A DNA stretch of 64,000 nucleotides from Trichoplax adhaerens (taxonomy: Eukaryota > Animalia > Placozoa), in NCBI RefSeq assembly GCF_000150275.1, contig NW_002060954.1, positions 1 to 64,000 on the forward strand, given 5' to 3'. Below are positions 1-11,430 of the stretch, piece by piece. Every line of letters begins with the position of its first letter. Position 1 is the stretch's first letter. The notes under the pieces were generated by a model, which was not told where the DNA came from, searched no databases, and saw nothing but the letters and a program-made list of their open reading frames with translations. The position numbers and the translations under genes are program-made.

Positions 1-236
1 CCCTAACCCTAACCCTAAGCCTAACCCTAACCCTAACCCTAACCCTAACCCTAAGGCTAACCCTAACCCTAACCCTAACCCTAACCCTAACCCTAACCCT
101 AACCCTAACCCTAACCCTAACCCTAACCCTAACCCTAACCCTAACCCTAACCCTAACCCTAACCCTAACCCTAACCCGAACCCTAGCCCTAAGCCTAACC
201 CTAACCCGAACCCGAACCCTAGCCCGAACCCTAGCG
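1..236. repeat. Telomeric repeat (CCCTAA)n = (TTAGGG)n, C-rich strand at the left end
   Basis: About 39 hexamers from base 1. Variant units (GCCTAA, GGCTAA, CCCGAA, CCCTAG) are concentrated at 175-236. The orientation is correct for a true chromosome end. Confidence 0.97.
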
Positions 237-286
237 NNNNNNNNNNNNNNNNNNNNNNNNNNNNNNNNNNNNNNNNNNNNNNNNNN
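237..286. other. Assembly gap (50 N)
   Basis: Run of N. Confidence 0.99.
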
Positions 287-826
287 CATCCTGTTATTCA
301 TTTTACTAGCTATTCAGTTCAACAATTAACAACTAATCATACTTTCTCGCATTCAAGTAAGAAAACAGTCATTTTAAAATATACCACTCTAATTTCCCAT
401 TCACAACATGATTTCTAACCAATCTCTATCATAATTATAGCAGTTCCTGACTGTAATGTACTGTAATGTGCCGTATGATATAGGCAATTACCCAATACCG
501 TCATCTTAAATATTTACTGAGATTCTCAGTACGCGTACGAATGGAATAAACAGTCGTATCAGAAATTGGGACATTGTCTGACTCAGTGCTCAGTACTGTA
601 CTGGCAATTGTACGACGTCTGTAAATAATTAAGTACAGTATGCTCTAGTCGGCATCGTGCACGCCTGCAGCAGTAGATTCTGTGACGATACTTATAAACT
701 GCTGTAACGACGTTGATGAGATGTTCTATCGAAATGCTTAAATGAAATAAAAGGATAAAGGATAGAGATCTCTTCGATTAACACTTGTGGGAATCGCATA
801 TATAAAAAAATTGGGCAGTCGGTAGG

Positions 827-1126
827 ATGTCAATGACAAAACACTGTAACCCAAATTGGACCCCAATATTGAAAGCCTTACGCTTTGTATCATTTGATTT
901 TGAATTTAATGAAGTAGTTAAGGAGGAGATAATGGTACTCATCTTGCTCCGCGCTTTACCACCAGCAACCATCGAACCATTAACGACGGCCATACCGGAC
1001 AAAGCACTAACTATTTACACTTATGACGAGCTAAAGGAAACTTTAAAGGCCAGACTTCTTATTCCGAAGCACACTGATAAAAAGACGCGTACAGCTATTA
1101 AGGGGTAAACTGCTCTCAGGCGAGTA
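827..1126 (+). pseudogene. Possible decayed Ty3/gypsy-type gag N-terminal fragment
   Basis: The intronless 93-aa ORF contains ...LLRALPPATIEPL...TYDELKETLKARL, resembling from memory the invertebrate gypsy gag N-terminus (ALPP...Y..LK..L..RL). After a frame change it continues KRRVQLLRGKLLSGE*. No pol or LTR was seen. Confidence 0.3.
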
Positions 1127-4100
1127 GAAATAAAATTATACTGTAAAATGGACCTACGGAAATTGGCGGAGAACTATGAACTAGGAATAGGAAGTTCAAG
1201 TGATCTCATTTTAGAAACAGTTTTGTGACTAGTTAGAGGAACAGTATGTCCAAGAACATGTAATTCCACCCACCTTCCCTTCTAATGAGCAGCGCTGCGG
1301 TATTTACACTACTCTTCGATGCTTTTATTAGTTGGCATTTAACTATGAAAAGGAGTAATATACACTATACCGGTATAGTATAACGCCAAATACGGGCGTG
1401 CGAATCTTTCAAAATGTTAATTATTAAATTTGCACTGAAGATTACTTTCTGGAAAATCTAGAGTGCGGCTGTATGTAAAGGCGTCGGTATCTTTCGCTAT
1501 TGTACAGTATACTGTAGTGTATTGTACTTTACGTTAAATTACGGTAAAACAGCTAAGCCCGTGTTCTAGCGCGCATTAGCATCATACATGCTACATACGA
1601 AAGCATAATGTAAAGTACAATACAACAGCTTGTACGGCATCCCAAACTGTGCAATGCACTACATCTGCGACATGGAGACCTTGCAACCACTAAATTATTA
1701 TTATTATTATAATTGTAAGCATGCAGTGTTAACTATGAAAGGATGTGGAAATTAATTATAGGTAAAGGCGTCGGTATCTTTCAAAGTGTCAGATTGTGCA
1801 TAGATACTCAATCGTACAATCCGTCGGAGAGCCAGGAGTTGGTAAAGACTTATCGAGTGTGCACAAACCACGGTGTAATTTTTCATGATGGCTGCAGTGT
1901 ACGATTATACACAAGACGTTTTATTAAATTTTACTCGTAGTACCTAAAACGGTATTTTTCTCAGATTTACACTGCAACATTAGTTTTCCGGCGAAACGTT
2001 ACCGGACTTAAACGTGCTTAGCACTATGTACTGTGCTTTGCTTAACCTTCGTTTCGATCGCGGACAAACAAACAGACTTTTATTTTTATATACTTTATGT
2101 AAGGATAAGGAGGATAAATTATGATATCCATGCCATGACACTCCTAAAAGTGATAACGGCCCAACAAATAATCTGTTTAGGGCTTTAGGCACGGAGCAAT
2201 AGCGCAATACAGTAACAGTGTCATACAGTACAGTACCTGCCAGCGTATGAAAGTTAAATAAACTGCTACTTCGGTGCAGAGTTACTAGTTGCAATGTTAC
2301 TTACTGTAAATACAGTATACTGTAACTTCGGAATTATTTTCTTATGAGCTTTAAGCTGGCTGTGAATATTGCAAAAGTGATATATGTTCTTTTATTAAAA
2401 ATATATATATACGAGTTTACAGATACTAGTATTGTACGGTGTCAGAATTGCTAGATTGTTTTTTTGCATTCTGCAAGACTAACCACCATATATCTTGTAG
2501 AGTTCATAGTATTGTAATTGAAAGACTTAGAAATTCCTGACGTTAAGTAACGGTACAATGTATTTTCATAACTGGATATTTATTCATTATCTCCTAGCCG
2601 GTCTTCTTCGTGGTCGCTTTTCAGTCCCAATAAATAAGTTCTACCTTCTAAGATTTAAGTGCATCTCATTGATTTCAATGAAAGCCTATCTAGCTATCAT
2701 ACCTTTATGATCCTACTAAACCCCTTATATTACAGCGATTTATATCTAGTTGTAAATACTCTGTGTATGAAACCAGTAAGTGACCATTAAAACGACAGGC
2801 ACAATGCTAGTTTGTTATAGTAAAGTCCAATTCGATTTTATTAATCCAGCTATTTAGATGTTTTGTGGACCCTACGAATTAACTTATATGATAAACTTAA
2901 ATCCTGTATACGGATCTAATGTAGATTATGGTAGTATTTTTGATGCTAAACAGGAATCAATCTCAATGTTCCAACTATAAACTCACGGCATTATTTCAAT
3001 TTGGTTGCATTCTTTATTGTATTAAGCAGAATTCTTTATTTTATAAGTATACATATACTACGATATTATATTATTAAATTCGATGCCCACAAGTACTTTG
3101 ACGGCTGAAATATTCACTGAGTTGACAACCAGCAAAGCGATCGCTCATTAGTATATATCAGTATGTACTAATGTACGCATTATAGCTAGAAGATTACACA
3201 AAATAAGCGCACTTGGCAGATTCGACCAGTATACAGTATGTATCACGTTGCCTATTAATTTTGATCTCTGATTTCAGATAATCATATAATTATTTGCGTA
3301 ACCAGATTAAAGTATAATAAAGAAATAAATTTACCATTATTTAAGCTACTAGTCTCACACAACCGCAGCGAAATCTACTCCGATAATTCAGAAATAAATT
3401 CAATTAGCTTACTATGTATGAAGCGTAATTACAGCTGGACTAATTATAGCATGTATTGCAATACATGTATAAACACTCGATTGTAAAATTCAAACTGTAC
3501 CGATAGATCAGTAATGCTATTCAAACGCAAATAAAATTTTGTAGAACAATTTTTGAAAATATTTTAGAAATTTTTATATGATTTCCTGCTGTTATAAATA
3601 TCTATAAATTAAATTAAAAGCTATTAAAGTACAGTATGCAAAGTCTTAACTTAGAAGGCAATGATAACCTGCATAAGTAAGGAATTGTTTGCTTTCTAAT
3701 TTTTTTTAAGAACAATAAATATTCAATGATTCGCCCAAGCAAGATATGTACGCAACATTCTTATCCTCGTAAACACCTAATACACGAACTTGTATTGGAT
3801 ATTAATTTAGAGTGTCAACTTAGCAGAAATTTTATAGTAAATTAACTAATTTAGGAGAATTATTAACGTCCCTGATGTGATTTTAATGCGATCTTTTGGT
3901 AGTGATAAATGCAAGTCAAGCAAAGAAAGTACTGCATGGAAGGAGATACTTTATGATAATCATATTGCTGTAAGCGTATGCACGCAACAACTTCAATAAA
4001 AGACATAAAATAGTAAATTGCAGAGTCCATATAATCAGCCAAAGATGAAAATACTATAATGATGTATTTTTAAGACAGAAAGAATTATGCATAAATCATG

Positions 4101-4817
4101 AAATACTATGCATTAACAAAAGCAACCTGCTTGTCTGATAAGTCATAGAATCATCTGTCTATACATATCAATAAGGAAATATTTAGCCTACTCAATCAGT
4201 AGCAGTTCATTTATTAGACTCTAGCGAAAGGTTATTGTAACAGATATGTATCCGGCCATTGAACTAGATTTTAATCTGAATACATCTGTTTCAAAAACAT
4301 AACGTTCTCATACTAATGGCGGCGTACTCCTCTAAGGCTCATTCCCATTAAAACTTTAGATGTCAACAGACATGCATAAAACGACTAGCTGTAACGTTAT
4401 TTATTTTGTGTTTTGCGCGCTAGAAGCCACTACTTAGTCTGGTCTATCGCGTATGACCCAATTCTTACATCTTATCGTTCACTGCCTAGCAAAGCTTATT
4501 CGCATATACCTTTAAATTAAGTATCTTTTACTTACTTAGATACAGCAGGTAATAAGAGTATCTCTTATGATAGTAATACTAACACGCTACTATGCTAATA
4601 TTACTACATGGCCGCATCACTTTCTACAATTGCAATCAATCAAGCATATGGCTGATCTGCGTTCTAATTAAAAATGTATAAATATAAAATTTATTTATTC
4701 ACTATATTATCAAAGAAATTAACACGTGAAGAGTTTATTTAAAAATTGTTATACGCATTTAGGTATCTAAAAGCCGCTGACATATGACAAGATGAATCCC
4801 AAAACCTGCTTATCTAA

Positions 4818-6756
4818 CTAGTAATTTGAACCATATACTTCTCCCGTATCTTTTCCTTCTGTATCTTCCGCTGTAGACTCATCGTTGCCTATTTATATCA
4901 TAGCAGAAAGAGACTATATAAGAGGATTGTATATAGCACATTTTGAAAAACTATACAGAATCATACCGTGCTTATCTCCAGATATTTTGGAAGCCGGTAA
5001 ATTTTCTTCAGCTTTTTCGCTGTCGGTATTTGATTTCTCTTGTGATTCAAGTTTGCCATACTTAAATTGTTTCTTCTTTTTTCTTGATTTGGTGAAATAG
5101 GGCCTCTGAGGATCTGCTTCCTCGTCAATGCAACCTCTGATTTCGGTAAAGAAAAAATAAGCGAAGAAGAGTATTACAGTAATTCATAAAATCATGTTAT
5201 TTTGATCGAAATTCCTAATGTGTAAATAATTAATTGAACCTTATTAGGTACAAAATGGCTAAAATAATCAACAACACTCCACTTGCTATCGCTATCGGAA
5301 CAGCTTTAGGATGAATGAAGCAAACTACTGATAATGGCAGATATATTATTGATCTTCTCCAATTCTGGATCCACATTATACCATTCCAGAACTTTGTAGG
5401 ACAGCTATCCTCTCTTAAAAGTAAATGCAATGGCTAAGATTTAACCATTTTCTGAAAGTTTACTAAATGTGCACTTAACCGTAAACATAAACGCAGATTG
5501 AAAATCTTCAAGTGCTAAACTCACCTAAAGCAGCAGCATTTGTTAATGATCCATGTAACTTCCAGAAATGTTACAAATGACGTTATTATTCTATTAAGTA
5601 TCAATTAGATGCGATTATCGAATATTTTATTAATTACTGTAATAGATATCTAAATATAGTAAGTATGTTTCAGTTATGAATGTATCTTTGCTCGTACATA
5701 TTCATATATGCTACAAGTAATTTTCAGCGTACTTGCTCGTACTGTATGCACTGAAAACATACTAACACTTACATTAATCCGACACCGAAGGGAACCTGAG
5801 ATTTCATAGTTACGACCTTGACAGCTATTCCCCACATAACTAAACAAAAAATTAAGTTCGTTACCTAGAAACCTCTATAGTAGTCCCAATATTTCAAAAT
5901 ATTGTTCCTTAGCAGTTCGAATTTAGTTCTTTAAATGAATGGTTGACATTTCACTACTGCAACGCATGGCCTTGAAAATGCAAACACAGCTTTGCTTCTC
6001 GGACTCTTGATTAGACTATTTATATCTCATGAATGAATGAAGCTGAATGTGTGGTCTCAGATGAAACCCTCGGTATAATATAGTCTTATATAAATCTCTA
6101 TTATTACGTTACTGTAAAATAGCGATACTACAGCTTAAGAGTATAAATCATCAATACCGATATTGCATAAAACTATAATTTTTGATTAAACTCTTTTGTC
6201 AAAAGGCGATTGATAGATCTATTACGGCAACTAATTTAAAACTATCGATTATTTAAATCATTTTGACTTATAAAGAAATGCTGTAATTCACCAAGTGCAT
6301 GGCAAATAAATTATAGATGTAGAAAGTGCGCAAAACATTCAGGGAAACATAGAAGATCGATCGATGTGCTATAAATTGACGATTAAACAATTAATCGTAA
6401 ATTAACATGGTCTTGGTCATTTAATAAATTTGAGGATTGTGACTTCTCAGCAACAACTAAACGATCAGTACTGAAACTTGTTAGCATCAAATTACAGGAA
6501 GTTACTAGTTTAAAGTAACAATAGAAAGTAAAGATAAAGCAATGAATTTAAGTTACAAATCTGTACTTCCATGCAGTGACTTGAATGTAGTGAGTAAGAA
6601 AAGACATAAATACTTTATAGAAATTGTTTTATCTTACACACCCAGGAAAAATATTATACCCAGTATTCTCGTAACTGTTGTAAAATAACGTAATATACAT
6701 GCTAAGGTTTTAGGCACACAGCCAGGCGGTACTTCTTCATTTTCGTTATCGGCCAT
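4818..6756 (-). CDS. TMEM72: TMEM72-like multi-pass membrane protein (6 coding exons)
   Basis: Spliced with GT-AG introns: MADNENEEVPPGCVPKTLACILRYFTTVTRILGIIFFL / VMWGIAVKVVTMKSQVPFGVGLI / IITSFVTFLEVTWIINKCCCFR / EDSCPTKFWNGIMWIQNWRRSIIYLPLSVVCFIHPKAVPIAIASGVLLIILAILYLIR / charged tail ...GEVYGSNY*. The motif YLPLSVVCFIHP resembles TMEM72 YLLLSVACFLHP. Confidence 0.72.
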
Positions 6757-7886
6757 AATGATTTATAGAAAGTAGTCAATCAGTACTCGAGCTTACGGAG
6801 ACTAATAACTACCGCTCATGTAACCAATACAATAAAAGATAAGGTGTCAAGGGTGTTATTTCAACTATTACTCTGATGCTAGCGGAACATATGGTGCATT
6901 ACTAGTTTTTCTCATACCATAATTACACAGTATTTTCCATAAATGGTGGTCTTAAGTAAAAATTGCCATAAATATTAGAATGATGTATTCCTCTTCTGTT
7001 GATAATAATAATAAAGAAGGTAATCATAGTTATTCCGCCAGAATCTATGGTAGGAAAACTTATTGCATACTTTATTAGATGGCGGTGTGGTACTTTCTGA
7101 TTGATCAAGGTATTCATCCCGTATTGATTCATGCGGTGACTCATTCCCTGTTCAGTAGTCAATTTCGGTAATAAATAATCATTTTTTACAATTTGTCGTT
7201 CCTATACAACTATTGTGAATGATTCGAGTAATTCTCTCATTCATTTCTCTTGCTCTTATACCTCTCGTATCTATGAAATGCTCAATGTCTTTGTAATAAC
7301 ATGCACAAGTAATTTATAGGGCACACTGATAAGCTACATTGAAATTACAGCTACAATATTTTTATAGATACAGTACTCCGTAAATATCTTAGTTAAAAGC
7401 TATATCGATCGATATTGACAATAATATAATGAGTCTGCCCCGCCACCTTCTCCCGCGCCTGGTCAGGCTTGCAAAGAAATCCCTTGTTCATATGCTCATA
7501 TTACAGCGAGTGTACTGTACAGTAAAGATCTGTGAAAATGCTATGGTCTCACTCCGAAATCAGTAGAAATAATAATTAATTAACGTAATCAAGTGGATTC
7601 AGCCGATAGACATACTGTACACTTGTTAGCTATTGCTGCTATTGTCTTATAAATCCCTGACAAAGGCAATATGAGAGAAATGATGTTTCTCCTTTTTGTA
7701 TGTAGTTGATTATACATATTACACGTATATATAAACATATATACAGTCCAGGCAGCTAGTTATACGGGCATTCAACTACAAACCGGAATACAATAAGTAA
7801 ATAAATACATCATATCAAAAATTTACTCAGTTATGGTTTTATGATTATGGTACTCTTTAAATCACGCAAGCTATTGAACTTGCGGT

Positions 7887-8842
7887 ATACAGTAAACCGT
7901 ACTACTAGTATAATAGTATGTAGTACAGTAAGTACTACGTGCAGTTCTGCGTAACAAGCTTAAACCCTAAGAACATCACGTGTACTGTATGTACGCTATT
8001 GTACTGTACAGTACAGTATTCGTGTACACCAGTTTCGGCAATTGCTGCAGCTCCAGCGGGGAAACTGAAGTTGTAAAGTTAAGTTAATATGAAGTATTGT
8101 ATAGTATTATTACTATTGTATACCGTACAGTACTATATGTGAACGTTGGGCTATCACTTATTTATCAGTCAAAGTCATAAATTTAGTCACTTGCATCTAC
8201 TGTATCTGCTAGATTTGCAGTCACAGTTCAATAAAAAAGCTCAGATTTAGTACAGCATATCCCTTTTCTTCGATCTTTTTAGTACTGTGGACTTACTGTT
8301 AGTACAGTACAGTACACTGGTACAGTAGCTTAGTTTAAGACTTACTGTACTGTACGTATAGTACTTAGTGTTGGTACTTACAGTGCTGTACTGTAATTTG
8401 CCTGCGGTTGGGATAGAAAACCCTTCGGTACGATGTATATTTTAATAAACACTAGTACGAACTCACGTCGCTTTGCTGACGGTTTACGATATGTACCCAT
8501 TTGTTAATAATTAATAGATAGTATTACCATTCGACATTATATATATCCCGGTAATAGCCAGGCACTACTATATTGATAGCTATGCTTCTAGAATACTACT
8601 TTTCAATAATGCATTCACGGATGAAATGCTATGAAATGCTATATTAAGATTGGTTAATGGTCCAAAACACATTATGACAACTAATGTACTGTACTGTACT
8701 GTACTGTACAGTACGGTGATGGACTTACAGTACCAAGTTAAGATTAGCAGGTACTGGTACAGTAGCGTACAGTACGGTACTGTACTGTACTGTACATTGT
8801 ACAATATCTACAGTACAGTGCGGTACAATGTCCTTAGTACTG
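7887..8842. repeat. TA-(CAG/CTG)-TA arrays in the TMEM72/tetraspanin divergent intergenic region
   Basis: Loose clusters at 7887-8395 and a dense array at 8685-8842. Confidence 0.85.
8452..8575 (-). mobile_element. Non-autonomous Helitron-like 3' end, copy 1
   Basis: Minus strand reads ...ACCGTCAGCAAAGCGACGTGAGTTCGTACTAG|T: a hairpin, then CTAG, then T. Homologous to 23841-23990. Confidence 0.6.
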
Positions 8843-9292
8843 TGGTCAATTCTATACCAATCATTATAATGTGTCTAAGGATCGCTTGCGTATGCAAGCA
8901 AAGCTTGTTCTGTCGATGACAATCGTTATAAGAAAATGTAACAATCAAAATGGCTATGTAGAAAACTCTATAAAGATTCTATGTTTATTCAATTTTTATC
9001 AGAGTATTACATCAAATCAAAATTTAAAGGCCCAGTGGCCACCCTTAGCGATATAACGAATACTATTTTAAAAATCAATACTCTGCAGAAATTGCTACCT
9101 TAGAGCTATTCGTTTTACATGAAGAAATCTTTAGGTAAAAAGTACTGTAAAAATCTTATACAGACCTATTGAAATAAACCCATAATCACATTCATCTAAC
9201 AGTAGTATATTGTCACAGTCAATGTAAGGATTCGGGCATTCTTATGTCAAACACCCCCTCGCTGCTCGTTTAAAAGGGTGGGGTGGTCGGGA

Positions 9293-9470
9293 TACTGTAC
9301 ACTGTACAGTACATTGTACATTTTACAGTATTATTAATATTGATAACGTGTACAGTACTGTACAGTACCGTACAGTACGGTACTGTACTGTACAGTGTAC
9401 AGTATAGTACAGTACGGTATACATTATGTATTATTATTTATTAATATGAATACTGTACTGTGTACAGTAT
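9293..9470. repeat. TA-(CAG/CTG/CCG/CGG)-TA array just upstream of the tetraspanin ATG
   Basis: For example TACAGTACTGTACAGTACCGTACAGTACGGTACTGTACTGTACAG. Confidence 0.9.
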
Positions 9471-9561
9471 TTATTATTGTCGTAGGTCGTGAGTACTTGT
9501 AACAGTATTTGTTATTTTTTGTTTTTTTTCAACGACGACTTTTACAGTCAAGTAAGTGGCA

Positions 9562-11430
9562 ATGGGTAAAGGTAGTCGCGATTCCGATTCAGAAGTTTCA
9601 CTGTGTGTGAAATATACGTTATTCTTCTTTAATATAATATTTTGGGTGAGTTTTCCCTAATTTTTGTATTACCGTGAGTTAATATTATTCAACACCGATC
9701 ACCTAATTGCCGCACAGTTGTATTAACTATAAAATCCCCGTATTTTATACAAGAGAATCCTTGCATGTATTTTTATGGGAGACTGTATTCGAATATACGT
9801 GTGAATATAAACTACTTGTGAAATGAATTTGATCGCATGTTCGCTATCGGAAGTTAATAGCTAAATCTTAGATTTTCTCTAGGTTTGATTCTACTGTACA
9901 ACAATCTTGATAAAACGCTCTACCACAGTACAATAGCTCCTGACGGAGCTCTTCGTCTTTGATGATTTGCCTTCGTCAAATGGCTACTACCCTTAGAAAA
10001 AGCTAGATTATTTATTACCACACCTGCTGTCTGTCTTGTACTAAGTGGAAGCTAATTACAATCATATTTATATCTTAGCTGATTGGATGTTTTATAGTTG
10101 GTGTCAGCATCTATGCCAGAACTGAAAAAGGATTTCAAGACGGTTTTGCTAGTTTAGCATATGATCCTGTTATGATCTTGTTAGTTGTTGGTGTCGTAAT
10201 TTTCATTTTGGGCTTTTCTGGATGCGTTGGAGCCTTAAGAGAAAATACCTGTCTCCTTCGATTCGTAAGTTTATGACACTGATTTTTTAAACATACATTT
10301 GATCATTGCAATCAGAGATTTAAATGATTAGGTCTTAAATTAACCGCATTCACTCGTACTTTAAATATAAGTTTGGAATCTTTTTGGGCCTGATCCTACT
10401 TGCAGAGGGTACGGTTGCTGTGTTGATATTTGTCTACCAAGCGCAGGTTTGCAGGAGAAGTAAAATTTATTCCCTAGGTGTCCACTAATACAACAGTGCC
10501 ATTGTTTTCATTTGCGTATCGATTTGGCTATTTCATATGGTTTTATATTCCAAAAATCTGAAATATATTAATTACCTGTAAGAAGTGTAACAACTAAGTA
10601 CTAAGACACGTTTTCAATGTAATATAACCGAATTTTAAGGTTAAGGCTTTTGTCGAAGATCAGTTACGAGGTGCAATTAAAAAATATCGAGATGATGTTG
10701 ATCTACAGAACCTGATTGATTTTATTCAACGTCAGGTAAATTTATCGTGTCTTCTGCCTTTTAGAATAACTCATTTAATGCTCCTACATTTTGTAAATTT
10801 AAAATTCTAGTTTCGATGTTGCGGTGTGGTGGGATACAAAGACTGGGACGCTAATATTTACTTTAATTGCACAAAAAGCAATCCTAGTCGCGAAGCTTGT
10901 GGAGTACCATTTTCTTGTTGCAGAAATGTACGTTAGGATCATCAGTTTTAAAGCAATGTCAATATTTGTTATGGGCAGTATTTCATATGTGATGATTTTT
11001 CATAAATGTAATTCCTTCACTAGTCAACCATCAACACTCAATGTGGTTACGATGTGCGCAGTCAGGGGGTATGTTTTTGGTATTGGCTGTGATTGTCTTC
11101 TTAACTGTAAATTCTAGATCTTACTTCTTTGATTTTATGTTTTAATATTGTTTATAGGCAAGCAACTCTGTCATAGATCGCATTTATACTACAGGGTGTG
11201 TTGATAACGTCGTGGCATTCCTGAAAGACAACCTTTATGTTGTTGCTGGAGTTGCTATTGGAATCGGTGTAACGCAGGTGACGTATATAAATAGTAGTAA
11301 ACTTTAAAATTAGTAATTATATTAAAATAATACATCAGTAATCATTCCGTTCTATTGCCATTTTCAGCTACTGGCTATTATGTGTTCTTTCCGTCTCATA
11401 AACGATATTCAACGTCAAATGAATAAGTGA
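9562..11430 (+). CDS. Tetraspanin, TspanC8 subfamily (TSPAN5/14/17/33-like), 8 exons
   Basis: [28 protein letters not shown]; [15 protein letters not shown]; [15 protein letters not shown]; CCG...NIYFNC...[10 protein letters not shown]...QCG...GC gives 8 Cys in the large loop. Introns are GT-AG; stop TGA at 11428-11430. Confidence 0.93.

Noticed and set aside
2575-2875. Possible small spliced gene on the minus strand in the subtelomere
   Set aside because: Splice-like sites are present, but the upstream candidate exon has stops in all three frames.
8580-8919. ORFs rich in TVLYCTV/YSTVQY (also 17025-17261, 17861-18118, 24624-24809, 35859-36056, 62158-62502)
   Set aside because: They are translations of the stop-poor TA-CAG/CTG arrays on both strands, not proteins.
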